DNA of 64,000 nucleotides from Tubiluchus corallicola (GCA_030141605.1 JAQGDQ010000173.1:381645-445644); one strand, 5' to 3'. Positions 1-49,177 are shown, numbered from the stretch's first letter. A program made the numbers and translations. Notes: a model not told the origin generated them from the sequence alone.

Positions 1-851
1 ATTCTGAAAAAAAATCAAGGATTGAGTCAGGAAAAATTCTCGTTGCAAGAAGACATGGGCCTCCCGCACATTCTGAATATGCCTACTACACCCAACATTG
101 AATAGGCTATTCGACCAATGTCAACACTGTCTACTTTCCTTGGCAAACCACCGAAATCAATATATATACGACTAGAAAAGGCCCCACAAAAAATAGCGTA
201 TAAAAACACTTATAATTAATAATCCTAAAATAAAGCCCACATCATCATGTAGCCCTGTTCTTCCTCTTTCTAAAGAGCTCTATATCTCCTTCCAGGAGTC
301 ACACCGAATGCCGCTAGAACGTTTTTTCTACAGGCCGTTTGGCCAAACTTTTGTCCGGGAAAACGCCTATTGTGGGATCCCGTTGATTCTAAATACGCCT
401 ACTACACCCACCGTTGAACAGGCTATCTATCCACAGCCAGCACCACCCTAATCCCATTCTCTAGAAATAAGAGGTAAAAGTTTTGCAGGTTTTTTGCCCC
501 CCATTCATCCGGGTGGGCCTGATTCGAAAAATAAACCTCCAGTGAGACCATACTAGATCAAAGCCTATCATTTGATATATAGATCGCTGCAAATGGTGCC
601 GTTGTCGGAGCTGCAGCCCCGAATCTTATATATAACATACCACCGAAATTAATATAAACGATGATAAAAAACTACCCAAAAAATTGTAATATTGATTCAA
701 AATGATTTTTTCTCCTTTATCTCTTACCTGATGATAAAATGCAAAAAACTTTTTTCTCTTTTTTTTGATTTGTAGTATTTTTTTTCGTTTATGAACTGTT
801 TTGGACGTGTTCGAAATTTGTGAAACCCAGTTTTGTCCTTCTCTTTTTCAG

Positions 852-34890
<34,039 letters not shown>

Positions 34891-35147
34891 GTTCGTTTCT
34901 AATCTCTCTTTCACTAGTGAAAAGATTAAAAAGATTGTTTACAGAGACGTTATTTTTATGGTGCCGCTTAGTTATGTAAACTTTGTCCATTGTAATGTAT
35001 TTTGAAACTCTTACAATGAAAAGTCTTGAGTTTAATTGCATCGCTGTCTATATAAATAGTCTGTACGATCTTGCTTAACATTCAAATTAACTGACATGTA
35101 TGCTACTAAGCAATAATACTTATTTCATTTTATTTCGTAATCTTCAG

Positions 35148-36120
35148 TGCACAATACACAAGTGACAAAGCAATTGAAAAGTGAAATAAAATAATAAAGG
35201 ACTACTACAAAAACAGTGCAAATTAAAACAAAGTGATGATAATAATATGAGTAGAAGATTATGGTAAAAACACAAAGAACTAAAATAGCACAATGTACGA
35301 GTGACAAGGCAGTTGAAAAGTGAAATAAAATAATAAAGGACTACTACAAAAACAGTGCAAATTAAAACAAAGTGATGATAATAATATGAGTAGAAGATTA
35401 TGGTAAAAACACAAAGAACTAAAATAGCACAATGTACGAGTGACAAGGCAGTTGAAAAGTGAAATAAAATAATAAAGGACTACTACAAAAACAGTGCAAA
35501 TTAAAACAAAGTGATGATAATAATATGAGTAGAAGATTATGGTAAAAACACAAAGAACTAAAATAGCACAATGTACGAGTGACAAGGCAGTTGAAAAGTG
35601 AAATAAAATAATAAAGGACTACTACAAAAACAGTGCAAATTAAAACAAAGTGATGATAATAATATAAGTAGAAGATTATGATAAAAACACAAAGAACTAA
35701 AATAGCACAATGTACGAGTGACAAGGCAGTTGAAAAGTGAAATAAAATAATAAAGGACTACTACAAAAACAGTGCAAATTAAAACAAAGTGATGATAATA
35801 ATATAAGTAGAAGATTATGATAAAAACACAAAGAACTAAAATAGCACAATGTACGAGTGACAAGGCAGTTGAAAAGTGAAATAAAATAATAAAGGAATAC
35901 TACAAAAACAGTGCAAATTAAAACAAAGTGATGATAATAATATGAGTAGAAAATTACAGTAAAAACACGAACAACTAAAATAGCACAATACACGAGTGAC
36001 AAGGCAGTTGAAAAGAGAAATAAAATAATAAAGGAATACTACAAAAACAGTGCAAATTAAAACAAAGTGATGATAATAATATAAGTAGAAAATTCAGTAA
36101 GAAACACAAAGAACTAAAAT
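35148..36120. repeat. 139-bp A-rich tandem repeat, about 7 copies
   Basis: GCACAATGTACGAGTGACAAGGCAGTTGAAAAGTG... recurs every 139 bp; near-identical minus-strand ORFs are offset by 139. Confidence 0.96.
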
Positions 36121-37188
36121 ACCTGCTTAGAAGTGTCTGTTAGAAAGTAAAAATTTGCTAAAATCAACATGACATAGCCGTTTTTACAGATTTTTCTGTT
36201 GCCAGCATTTACAGTTGGAGCATCATTCACATGTGGTGTAAGTTTATTCCATAAACTTACAACTCTGTTGCTGAAGAAATGTTTGAAGCAATTAAGTGAA
36301 TTTTTTTCACTTGTAATTTCAAATGGTGGCCCCTTGTAAAACTTGCAAGTTGTGCAAAGTTAAAAAATATTCACTTGAGATTGATATGTCACCATGAATT
36401 ATGCTATAGCAAATTCTCTAGTTCATTTGTACATTCAAAGTAACTTCTAATTCAAAGTACGTTTGCTAATTAAAATAGGCAACATATATAAAAATATTTA
36501 AAAAGATAGAATACAACCATAAAACATAAACATTAATATTTGGTCTGCTGATGATTATGAGTCGCCTTGGACATCCATAGACGCAGAACAGCTGCTCGTT
36601 ATTTCCTCTGGGCCTCTTCTCTGCGGAATTATTAGCCAGAATATTGTTACGTTGAATTCCTTACGCGCTTCTGGAAGAACGTGGTTCCCAGCACCAGCCT
36701 GTTGCTAAGAAATTAGCGCTTTTTTTCTGGACCGTCTTCCGTTTCACATGTTTTTACCATATGGCTACCGTCTTTGGGTCCACTTGTACAAAACGTTTCG
36801 TTCCATCTGTTATGTTTCAGTAAAATTTGCATAGCAACACATACTCGTTAAACTATTTTAGATTAACTTATGTAGACTTATTTGTGTGTCTTAAATTACA
36901 ATACCTGGTGCAATAAGTCATATATTAATATATAAAAAGTATGAGTTTAGTTTAAACTTGATTTATTTATATTGGATTTACAAAACAGACTGGGTCTGAT
37001 TCAGATATCTCCACAGTACAAGTGCTGAGTGAAAAGTGTTAATAGAAGATTAAAGGACACCACAATTAATAATTATCACACTTTATTTAATAAAACAATT
37101 GATTCAATTACAATTACAATCAGTTACAATTACAATTACAATTACAGTTACATCAATTCACTGTATGCTGCTAAAATTAAATCTCGGA

Positions 37189-37281
37189 CCGGCGAATAGC
37201 TCAGACGGTAGAGCATGCCACCTGAATTCGCAAGGTTCTGGGTTCGGGCCCTTGTTGACTCACAATGTTCATCGTCTTTTT
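37189..37281 (+). pseudogene. tRNA-derived sequence (tRNA pseudogene or SINE head)
   Basis: A box TAGCTCAGACGGTAGAGC, B-box-like GGGTTCGGGCCC, and a T5 run at 37277-37281; acceptor and anticodon stems pair poorly, so the isotype cannot be assigned. Confidence 0.65.
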
Positions 37282-37290
37282 CCTCAGTTA

Positions 37291-37837
37291 TTTGTTGGCA
37301 TCCTTGTGTCTCGGAAGACAATGGAATGTGCGCCAAGAGAGTCAGTTATTGATCACATTGATGGAGCTGCAGCGTCGACTGTGGCTGAGCTGTCCGATCC
37401 TTGAACGTCTCCAGGGTGCACGCCTGGACAAGGTGTATGGAGATCCTGAGTTGCCCAGACAACAAGAACCCCCTCTCTTCCTCCCTGGTGTAGTCCAAAG
37501 GAAAGTGGAGCGATACGTTTGGCACCAGGTTGGCTGCAGGAACTGCCGGGGTCAGTGAGCATGCTGCACTGGTCCGCCTTCGGGGCTCCACTCCTGATTT
37601 GGAAGGTTTACGCCTCTACACATGGCCGTTGGGTCACTTGACCTCCTCCGCCCTCTAGCCGATGGCTGCTTGTGCAGCTCCTCCGCCTTGTGTCGAGATA
37701 CAATGTGGGCATCCCGCAAGCCTACAGCACCTGGTATTCCTAGGCGGTCACCCATCCAAGCACTAACCAGGCTCTACGTTGCTTAACTTCGGTGATCAGA
37801 CGAGAACCGGTGTTTTCAACGTGATTTGGCCGTAGAC
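37291..37837 (-). mobile_element. 5S-rRNA-headed retroposon (SINE3-like or 5S/LINE chimera), 547 bp
   Basis: 5S head fused to a 427-bp GC-rich body with LINE ORF2 C-terminal-like translation (VQACTLETFKDR); direct repeat CCTCAGTTA at 37282-37290 and 37838-37846. Confidence 0.65.
37718..37837 (-). rRNA. Full-length 5S rRNA sequence (120 nt), probably a retroposed copy
   Basis: Minus strand GTCTACGGCCAAATCACGTTGAAAACACCGGTTCTCGTCTGATCACCGAAGTTAAGCAACGTAGAGCCTGGTTAGTGCTTGGATGGGTGACCGCCTAGGAATACCAGGTGCTGTAGGCTT; box A and box C present; solitary, with no T4 terminator. Confidence 0.93.
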
Positions 37838-38658
37838 CCTCAGTTAATTAGCAGTTAGCTTAATTGCTGTAGAGTGGCGTCTCTTTTCAAGAGCATGCGT
37901 ACGTGCGATTCGAATCGAATTCGATTTCTTGCTGTGTTTGCTCTCCCTTGCTGCACCAAAGGTAACACCATACCTGCATCGTCTAAGACATCGCTTACAC
38001 AAACACAGTTCTCTCTTTACGAAACGAACCGCTGAAAAATACTGCACTTCGTTTGTCGTCCATCCACATTGTACGATTATTTGTCTTGCGCCTCCACCCT
38101 GTGTACCCCGTCTCGGGCACGATCGGCTTTCCGTGGTTTTGGCATCAAAGTAAATCATAAACTAGTTAGTGTTTGCGTTTACGATTAACTTCCGTTTTCC
38201 TCTGCCTTGTTAAAGAATTATCAAATTTGCCTTTTCGTCCACCATATTTATCCACTCGAATGTCTCCCGGCGGATTACTGTAGAAGTTTCTCAAGACAAC
38301 GGCAGCGCAGGAGCTTAGCGAATTGTCAAATTGCGCACAAGCATATTACGCTGGAGAATTGTCTGTCTGCTATATATTACTGCCGGTTGTCGAATAAAGT
38401 TTATTAAACTAGGCTTGGGAGACTTGGAATTATCCTTCAAATTGTTTTCCAAGTCGTTGTTGACGTCAGAATTACGTCGATTTAGCTTTTGTGTTTGCAA
38501 GTAATGAGAAGTCACTTCTGCATAAGAGGGCGCACTGTTTTGAGTCGTTCGTGGTTTTTCTTTTAGTTCGCTTTGTGCTTATGCACTGACTCGAGGAGTG
38601 ACTCCTTAATAGCTGGCAAAAATTTGTGGCTCTGGCAAAAAGCTGATAGATTATCTAC

Positions 38659-39092
<434 letters not shown>

Positions 39093-39751
39093 GTTCAGAC
39101 ATTTAAAAAAGGGACAAGCAAAAACGCAAAAAATTAGTTGTTAGTTTACAGAAAAAGTAATTAAGCTTGTTTACAAGAAAATGTTATTTTCAAAATGGGT
39201 ATTTAAGATTCTCTGCCACATCTTGAAAATATTCAGTCTAATTAATTGTATCATTATCGTACATAAAGTTATTATTAATAGTATGTAACTTAAAAACGTC
39301 CTACTTGTAAGACTAAATAAAGCAAAGACTATAATTAATTATATATATATATATAATTACAGTAAAATATAATATAATAATATTTAATTACATATAATAT
39401 ATAATTACATTATAATATATATAATAAAAATAGAATAAAATATAATTACATTACAGTAAGATGGGCTTGTTCACTTTCGCTGAATAGTATAAGTTGTTCA
39501 GAACAAAGACGAGTAATTTCACTTCTACATGCAAACAGCTTAAACAAACGCCATCTTGCGTTGTGCGGTATACGCTCTGTGAACAGGCGCGACCCAGTTT
39601 TTGCTTTAAGTTCAGTTCGGTTTACTTTCTTTTTTATTTGATGCCGTGTGAACTGTCTCACACGTGTGTCAGATTTTTGTAAAACGTTTAATTGCAACGC
39701 ACGACCAGGTAGCTGAGCAGTAGGCCTACTTTTAGGCCTTTGGTTGTTTAA

Positions 39752-40326
39752 AGGAAAATCGGATGATTGTGTAAACACGAGTTTAGAATAAAGCATGCTC
39801 TAAAATATAGAAAACTACAATAGCTTTTTTTAAATCAAAACTTAGGTTAAATAATAATTACCTCGGATACTCAAATTTTGTTAAACTTTCAAAGCTACGC
39901 GCGGCTCAGTGAATCTACTAAGATTGGCAGCGGCTCCTTTTTGTCACATTAGCGTGGCCGACGAATAGGGGGCGGTACCGTGATAACCAAGATCATGAAA
40001 TGCAGTGTTAGTTTTTGACGTCATGTGACGTAGAGCCCATTTTTCGTGACATCATGCGTTTAAACAGTACTGTAACGCCTATGCAAATGTGCTTAATGCG
40101 CAAGGGATCATGCCTGCCATTGCACAAACCGTTTTTAGTTTCTGACGTAAGCAATTGCTGTGTTCGGTTGCCGGTAATTAACATTCTAAACTAATTATTC
40201 AAATATAAAGAACAATTTTTAGCTTTTATAGGCAAGGAAATGTATATTTTGGATAGTAAATTAAAATGTATATTTTGGACAGTAAATTAAAATGAGATTG
40301 AGTCAAAACAATCGTCCGGTCTTACT
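39752..40326 (+). mobile_element. TTAA-targeting MITE (Kolobok/T2-like), copy 1
   Basis: TTAA|AGGAAAATCGGATGATTGT ... ACAATCGTCCGGTCTTACT|TTAG; homologous to 43322-43863 and 51663-52202. Confidence 0.85.
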
Positions 40327-40812
40327 TTAGAGTCACAAGTTTTATGCAGCGTTACTACTAATGCAAGTTCTGTGCACAATAAGGCAGTATGTAAGATTTC
40401 AAGCCGAACTTTTGAACGTTTTTATAGTCGTTCATACCTTTTCGCACACACTGAAATAACAACGCATACATGAACACGTCCCTGCAAAACAGGGCTCTCT
40501 CTCTAAGCCTAGTTGATTAAAAAATACCACAATTTATGACAAACACATCTACGTATGTATCACAGTGCTGACTGAACACATTAGTACGTCAGGCTGAATA
40601 AGAGTGAAATTTTCTACGCAAGAACATTTTAAACAGTGATGCAAACTTTACTTCTGTAATTAGACGTTATTGGCGTAGTTTGTTATATCGTTAATTGTTG
40701 TTTGTGTTATTGTTGTGTGTCATGATTTATTGTATTATTTGTATTAATTTATGATGTGTATAATAACTTTGAAAAGTTTGAAATAAATTATTAAATCTTA
40801 AAAATCTTAAAA

Positions 40813-41532
<720 letters not shown>

Positions 41533-42327
41533 GTAAACATGTATAAACTCGATATTAAGGCAAACTAAACCCTTTAAATGCATCTGAAACATGATTAATT
41601 CATGAGCACCGTTTCAGCTGGCTATTAGTTGCCTGTACACGTTTTAAAACCATTAATATATGCACAATTCACTTCGAAATTAAAATGTGAAAAATGGTAG
41701 CAATGAAATGACTAAATCATAGATTATTTTTGTTCAAGTTTCCGGACCATCCGAGCTCAGTTAACAAATCACCCGAAAAACGATTAGTAGTACTAATCAG
41801 TTCCTGTCAGCCTATTGCTAGGTCCTTAACTACACTGGCATTCTATGGGAATGTGAGCTCCACGGCCATATGAACGGTGATGCAAATATCGCTTTCTTTT
41901 CCTTCATTCTTTTCTTGTTTGTCAAGTAAATACACGGTAATGTGAACCAGCCCTCGTGAAAGCGCGCGCAGGCGAGAACCGTCCCGGTGAAATTTACATT
42001 TTGGCGAGACTGTAGATTGGCGAATTGACCGAGCAGCCGGAACTAGATAACTCTGAAACGGAATGTAAAACGGAATGTAAACGCTGTCAGGTTTGCAAAC
42101 TGGTAACGTTATGTCGACATTTCGTCGGGGAGCGTCAATAAATTTGACCATTTCGTCGGGTTCTGTCGGTCATTAGGCCTCTAGGTTAATGTCCTGAGAT
42201 CTGGTGAACTTCTTCTTTGTCAGGCGTTAAGATATTTGCATCCTGTTCCATGTTGAAAATACTGAAGCAAAGTTTCTTGGCTTTTCACATATATTGCTAT
42301 GTAATAAATCTGAACTTATCTCTTTAA

Positions 42328-42456
42328 AGGAAAATCGGATGATTGTTTAGACTCAATCTCAATATAATTTACTGTCCAAAATATACATAATCTTGCCTAT
42401 AAAAGTTCTTTCCTATATTTAAATAATTAGCTTAGAAAGTTAATCAACGGCAACCG
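42328..42456 (-). mobile_element. Truncated end of the same Kolobok/T2-like MITE
   Basis: TTAA|AGGAAAATCGGATGATTGTTTAGACTCAATCTC... matches the right end of copy 1 in reverse and breaks off at an (AAC)n tract. Confidence 0.75.
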
Positions 42457-42459
42457 TTA

Positions 42460-42509
42460 GTAACAACAGCAGCAGCATCAACAACAACAGCAACAACAGC
42501 AACAGCAGC

Positions 42510-42580
<71 letters not shown>

Positions 42581-42583
42581 GAA

Positions 42584-42614
<31 letters not shown>

Positions 42615-42625
42615 AGCAGCAGTAA

Positions 42626-42663
<38 letters not shown>

Positions 42664-42718
42664 TCAGCAACAACAGCAACAACAACAACTATAACAACAC
42701 ACAACAACAGCAATAACA
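42460..42718. repeat. (AAC)n/(AGC)n microsatellite
   Basis: Direct reading; a similar tract lies at 44912-45212. Confidence 0.95.
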
Positions 42719-43321
42719 AAGGAACCTAACTACATGTAATTATCAAGTTTAGTTGTCTAAGGTGAGATACTGAAGGAGCAAAAGCCTTGGTCACATCGTT
42801 TTCGTATAAAGCTTCCCTCAGCAAAGAAAATAACCAAAAGAAATTGTACAGAACTACAGACGGTCTCCCATCCATTTACCTACCATGTTTAAGACAGGGA
42901 CAGGTATCATCATGGCAGCTCTGTGCAAAAACACACAAATACATGCACGAGTAAGTGACCTATGTATTATGTATGGGTACCGTATTTAGCAACAAAACAA
43001 AACCACAGTTTACCCCACAACGTTTAAGACTTGCCAGAAAATCCATACATTGCCCCCGCTTTTAGTATCCAGGTAACCGGGAAGCAGACCTGCATCAGAG
43101 GAAGCTGATCAAGCTCATTAGTATTGATGTTATAATGTGTGGCGTTAATTAGAGAGGCTGACCTCAGAATTACTGTACAAACATAAGCGACATATCTGAT
43201 TTAATTAATTATATATTTATATATATATATATATATAATATGTCCTAATATATTTATATATATGTCCTAGATGCAGAAGACTTTGCAAGCAGGATATTAG
43301 TCGAGTATTGGTGATCATTAA

Positions 43322-43863
43322 AGGAAGACCGGACGATTGTTTAGGCTCTATCTCGTTTTAATTTACCGTCCAATAAATACATTTTCTTACCTATAAATGT
43401 TAACAGTTGTTCCTTATATTTGAACAATTAGCTTAGAAAGTTAATTAAAGGCAACAAAACACAGCTATTGCTTACGTCAGAAACTAACCACGGTTAGTGC
43501 AATGGTAGCCATCTTCTCTGCGCGGCAAGCACGTTTGCGTAAGTGTTACTGCTTAAACGGATGATGTCACGAAAATGGGCTCTGCATCATGTGACGTCAG
43601 AAACTAACACAGCAGTTCATGATCATGCTTATCACGGTACCGCCTTCTATTTGTCGTCCACGCGAATGTGACAAAAAAGCGCCGTTGCCAATCTTATTAG
43701 ATTCACTGAGCCGCGCGTAGCTTTGAAAGTTTAGCGAAATTTGAGTATCCGAGGTAAGTATTATTTAATCTAAGTTTTGATTCACAAAACGTTAATGTAG
43801 TTTTCAATATTTTAGAGCATTCTTTATTCTGAACTAATGCGTACACACTCATCCGGTTTTCCT
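43322..43863 (-). mobile_element. Kolobok/T2-like MITE, copy 2 (inverted)
   Basis: TTAA|AGGAAGACCGGACGATTGT ... CTCATCCGGTTTTCCT; reverse complement of copies 1 and 3. Confidence 0.85.
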
Positions 43864-44911
43864 TTCCTAAAGGAAGACAGGATGATTTTTCATATACTAC
43901 CCCATTTTCAAATCCGACAACAAGTATACATTTTAACACAGTTAATATTCCAAAGTTTCTGATAATCAAATAATAGATTTAAAACTTAATTAACGGCGAC
44001 CGAGCCCAACTATTGATGACATCACAAACTAACATAATTTTCAACATCAAAAATATTCCACGAGCGTGTTGCACACGTTTGCAAATGCGAATATTGAAGT
44101 ACAGTGCTACTATAAGATATTCAGTGTGTTGTACTAAAATTAAACAAGTTTTAAGATAAAAATTCAACTTTTTAAAATTTACCATTGTGCTCACGCGTGA
44201 GCTACCTAACACATATGAACTTTCATTAACACGTCATTAACACATCTGGACTGAGAGGTACAGCATCTGTTTTTTATGTAATGCTTTCCGAAATGCTAAC
44301 GCTAGTGCCCGCGTAACTAGTGAATGACGAAATGCATGTAACAGCGAAGAACTAGTGGTGCGAACGCGAAATTGTATTTGTGTGGTAATAATTCTTTCAC
44401 GTGAGTCACTTTTTGAAAAAGTAGTATTTTCCTTTCAATATTTTAAAGAGTAGATTGTTTTGACTTGCAGTTTAACACTGGGTCCATTTTTGATTTTATA
44501 TTAATGAGCACTTACCGTTTACATTTGACATTGATTTTTATGACATGCTTTGAAAGTTTCACTTGTGCTTCTCATGATAGCATCAGAGATTAATTAATCA
44601 TAGTCAGCAATTAGAGTATAATTAGGGGTTCCTTAGTCTGGTGTTACTAATGATCAGGTTCGTAGCTACTCTCGGCTTGATGGTTAAGAATGAATGAGTG
44701 CTAAGCTTACATGATCCACTATTTTCTCGTGTGCTTACTTCAGACATTCCCAGAGGCAGAACTGTTCTGATTTTAAACCCAGTTTTTTTTCTGCTGGCTT
44801 CTTATCTACGGAATTTTCGACTTGGAAACTTAACACAATTTAAGAAGAATATAAACTGGTAGGTTTTTATCATCAGTAAAGTAATTATGATGAATTCTAT
44901 TCTCGTGGAAA

Positions 44912-45212
<301 letters not shown>

Positions 45213-46009
45213 AAGCAGAGAGAAAGACGAAATCCTTCGCATTTTTTCTTTGGCCAGCTGCTTATGATTTTGCCACATCACATTTCAGAAGTACCTTTAC
45301 TCCTCTTTAGCTTCCTCCTCATCACCATGGCAGCTCTTCCGTAGCCTTCCCCGCATGCAAAAAAGAAGTCTTTCAATGTGCTGCATCTCGTGTGTAGGAG
45401 GCATATTTAAATAGGTATCAAACAACCAGGCTTCTTATCAGTTTGCAAATGAAGACTAAGTCATCAAGCTCATTACAGCTGATGGAGTTATTTGACAGAC
45501 CTCGAGAGACTTCGGAAGCCGCAATGTATGGCTTCAGTAAGATAACAGGAAGCCACCTAGATACTCAGAGCCCAATGCTATGAAACAACTCGTAACTCCA
45601 GCTGGCACGTAGCAGTGATTGAGATATTAGTTACGTATTACTTATGATTACGTATTAATAATATTAATTAGTGATCAATTAATCACGTAAGCAATTACGT
45701 GATTAGTTACGCATTACTTTAATAATAATGATTTCCCCCCTCTATATTTAGTATCTGTACAGAAATTGTCCGGAATTGTTTTAAATCACCTTTTTACAGT
45801 TTAGCTTTAACATCCTGGGTTTTATGTGGCTCAGACAGAATTACGACTTCGTTCAAATTTAGACACTTTTATGAGTAACCCTTCAGTCAACATTACTGGG
45901 TGCAAAAATACACATCTTTACAGTTTAGAAAGAGCATAGTGGTAAGCGATAGGGTGATTTTTACTTGGGATTAAATATCCCGAGGAACAAGGAAAGAAAA
46001 AAAGCAACT

Positions 46010-46865
46010 ATATGTTAATTATATAGGATAGGTCCTAGTGAAGTACCTTGTCTGACACCACGTGTTGTTTTGGTGATTCAATGAGAAGGGATTTTGCAGT
46101 CGTCAAAACAGACAGAAGAGCCATGAAGTTTATGTTATGAAAGATGGCTGATATTTTATATATGTTCTCGTGTGTTAATTATATAAGATGGACTGAAGCG
46201 AAGTACCATGCAGTGATTCGCTGGACTGAGAGGCGGTTTGACTTTAATATTTGTTCCAAGAAAACTGGGACTTTATATATTTTTGTATGTTAATTATACA
46301 GAATGTGTCCAAACTGGGACTTCATATACTTTTGTGCGTTAATTATACAGGATGGGTCCAAGAAAGGCACTTTGTCTGACATCTCGTGTTGTTTCAGCGG
46401 TCTGCTGCACTGAGAGGCGTTATGACTTTAAAATTTGCTTCAAGAAAAACTGAAACTTTATATATTTTTGTGCGTTAATTATACAGGATGGGTCCAAGTA
46501 AAGCACCTTGGCTGACACCTCGTGTTGTTTCAGCAATTTGGTATCCTGAGAGGCGATTTTATTTCATTGGTTAATCCAAAGAAGGACCAATAATATTGTT
46601 TCAGCAATTTGACTTAATTGATTAAACTCATAAAATACGTAGATGTTATTTATTTTTGGTATGATAATTAAACAAGAACGGTCCCAGTAAACCATGCAGC
46701 TATTACTGCAGTGGCGTCTTTATTTCGTCTAATCCAAAGAAAAGCTGGTATTCTATATATTTCTTTGCGTCAATTATATAGGATGGGCCCCAGCAGAGCG
46801 CCCTGCTTAACACCACGCGCTGCTTCGTATCGACTCCGCTGCGCTGAGAAGCGATTTGACTGTCA
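46010..46865. repeat. Old, diverged tandem repeat (about 136-bp spacing in best copies)
   Basis: Recurrent TTAATTATA(C/T)AGGATGGGTCC...CTGACACCTCGTGTTGTTTC...TGAGAGGCG motif. Confidence 0.7.
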
Positions 46866-47080
46866 TCGAGTGATCCGATTTCGATCTGTTTTGCCGAAAC
46901 CGAAGCCGCGTGAAACGCAGGGCTTTGCAGCAAAAACAGAATGCAATTATTTACATTGCCACGCTAACAACATCTCGATTTTGGAATAACAGCGTTTTTA
47001 GCGCGAATGATACGGTCAACATGCTTTTAGAGCAATGACTGTTTTGCAACATTTGTTTGTATTTTTCTGTAAGATTGTTA

Positions 47081-48066
47081 GTTTGAACATAATTTATTAT
47101 AGGATTGGGTCAGGCAGTTTGAACAACATGATTTAGGATCCTCACCACAACAGACTTTATACACTATTTACAAAAACATTTACAGTAAGTATAGACTATA
47201 ACTATACAAGCTGACAAGTTTTACTGCAAGATTACATTAGACTATCTACAAAAACATTTACAGTAAGAATAGACTATAAATACACAAGCTGACAAGTTTT
47301 ACTACAAGATTACATTAGACATTAGTAACATTTACAGTAATAATTGACTATACCTACACAAGCTGACAAGTTTTACTACAAGATTACATTAGACATTAGT
47401 AACATTTACAGTAAGAATAGACTATAACTACACAAGCTGACAAGTTTTACAACAAGATTACATAAGACATTAGTAACATTTACAGTAAGAATAGACTATA
47501 ACTACACAAGCTGACCAGCTTTACAACAAGATTACATTAGACATTAGTAACATTTACAGTAAGAATTGACTATATCTGCACAAGCTGACAAGTTTTACTA
47601 CAAGATTACATTAGACATTAGTAACATTTACAGTAAGAATTGACTATATCTGCACAAGCTGACAAGTTTTACTACAAGATTACATTAGACATTAGTAACA
47701 TTTACAGTAAGAATAGACTATAACTACACAAGCTGACCAGCTTTACTACAAGATTACATTAGACATTAGTAACATTTACAGTAAGAATAGACTATAACTA
47801 CACAAGCTGACAAGTTTTACTACAAGATTAAATTAGACATTAGTAGAAAATGACGGTTAGGAAATATTAATGTACGAATATTTAAGACTGATGCATTTCA
47901 TATCAGATAGAAACTACTGGAAGCCTTTAGTACGTAATATGAAGTCATATATGCATTGGAATATTTTACAGTTAGCAACATAGTTAAATTCATCTTTTCC
48001 GAATAATAACAACTTCAACAGATCATTAGTTCCTAAGGCAGCTATATTAAGGCTTTCAGGCAGAAG
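47081..48066 (-). mobile_element. 5'-truncated LINE (CR1/L2 group) 3' end with internal 74-bp tandem array, copy A
   Basis: ORF2 C-terminus LLKLLLFGKDEFNYVANCKIF...FILRTK; about 9 repeat units; AATAAA near the end; perfect 14-bp TSD CTGTAAGATTGTTA at 47067-47080 and 48067-48080. Confidence 0.9.
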
Positions 48067-49177
48067 CTGTAAGATTGTTATGGCTACCAAGTTTTCAAGA
48101 TTTTACTATGAACGTGTTTAATAATAACAGCAAGTGAAGTAAAATAAACTAATTTTGCCATTGTGGGAATCGTTGTCTACAAATCATTCAACTTTAATTT
48201 ACACAGCAACGGCTATACTAACAGCAAGCAGCATTGTTGTTGTTGCTGTTGTTGTCGTTGTTGTTGCTTAACATAATTTTTTGAAATGACACTGCAAGCT
48301 TGAATACTGGCTGATTAGTGATCAGCTTTACTTTTTTTTAATTTTTTGTTAAATCTCTTTCCCTGCCCACATTAAAGGTGTTGTTGTTGTTGTAGATGTT
48401 GCCGCAGCTGTTGTTGTTATTGTCGTCGTCGTCATTGTTATCATCGTTGCCGCCGCCACTGTAGTTGTTCTTATTGTTCCCGTTGCTGCTGGCATTGTTG
48501 CTGTTGCTGCGTAAACTGCAATAAATTGTTTGTAACGTTCCTGTAGCTAAATTAAAATAATTTGTTTACTCTAGTTGTTATTTATACTTGTAGGTATTTA
48601 TATATATATTTATATTTATTCGTATTTTTATTATATATTTATATAATATAATATATATATAATATGTAATATATATTTATACAAACTTGAAGGTTTAGTC
48701 TAAAAACTTTTGTTGTTTCTACATGGAAATAAATTCAAATAATACTGTTGATCTACGGACTACCATCTTGTTTATTTATTTATTTTTATATAAACTTATT
48801 TATTTTCCATCACCTTTGGTATACAAAACTGATTAACATACCTTAGGAATTAGTAAGTATTGCAAAGTTGAGACACTAAAGATTAGATATAGATACCCAT
48901 GTCTTAGTAATGACAGTTCATCAAATACAAAATGTTAAATTAACGTTTACTGAATTGGCCTGAAGGTTTTCTTGTATAAATTCCTGCGTTAAATCAGAAA
49001 TAGTCTTACTTTGGTAATTATTTATTTAATACCTAATCGTTAATAAAAATACTAAAATCATTAAGAGAAAGTACGAAGTATGAAAGCAGGATAAAACGTA
49101 TATACAGCACAGAATAGAAAATGATGTTTTGGTAAAGCGGTACTGATGTAAATGATTAGGCCTATTAAAATTTTCGT

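Noticed and set aside
1-660. Possible non-autonomous DNA transposon end (CTATCATTTGATATAT motif)
   Set aside because: No TIR pair, TSD or second copy visible in the window.
36190-36237. Possible exon 20 (tttttacAG...GTAAGT, 48 nt, phase 0-0, IFLLPAFTVGASFTCG)
   Set aside because: Splice signals and phase fit, but the peptide has no recognisable GAIN similarity; needs junction reads.
36545-36860. Possible RTE-like LINE 3' remnant on the minus strand
   Set aside because: Only vague motif resemblance, not enough to support a call.
37718-37837. Functional 5S rDNA array
   Set aside because: Single copy, no oligo-T terminator, and flanked by a direct repeat.
43871-44435. Second TTAA-type MITE starting AGGAAGACAGGATGATT next to copy 2
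   Set aside because: The left end resembles the TIR, but no convincing right TIR or TSD was found.
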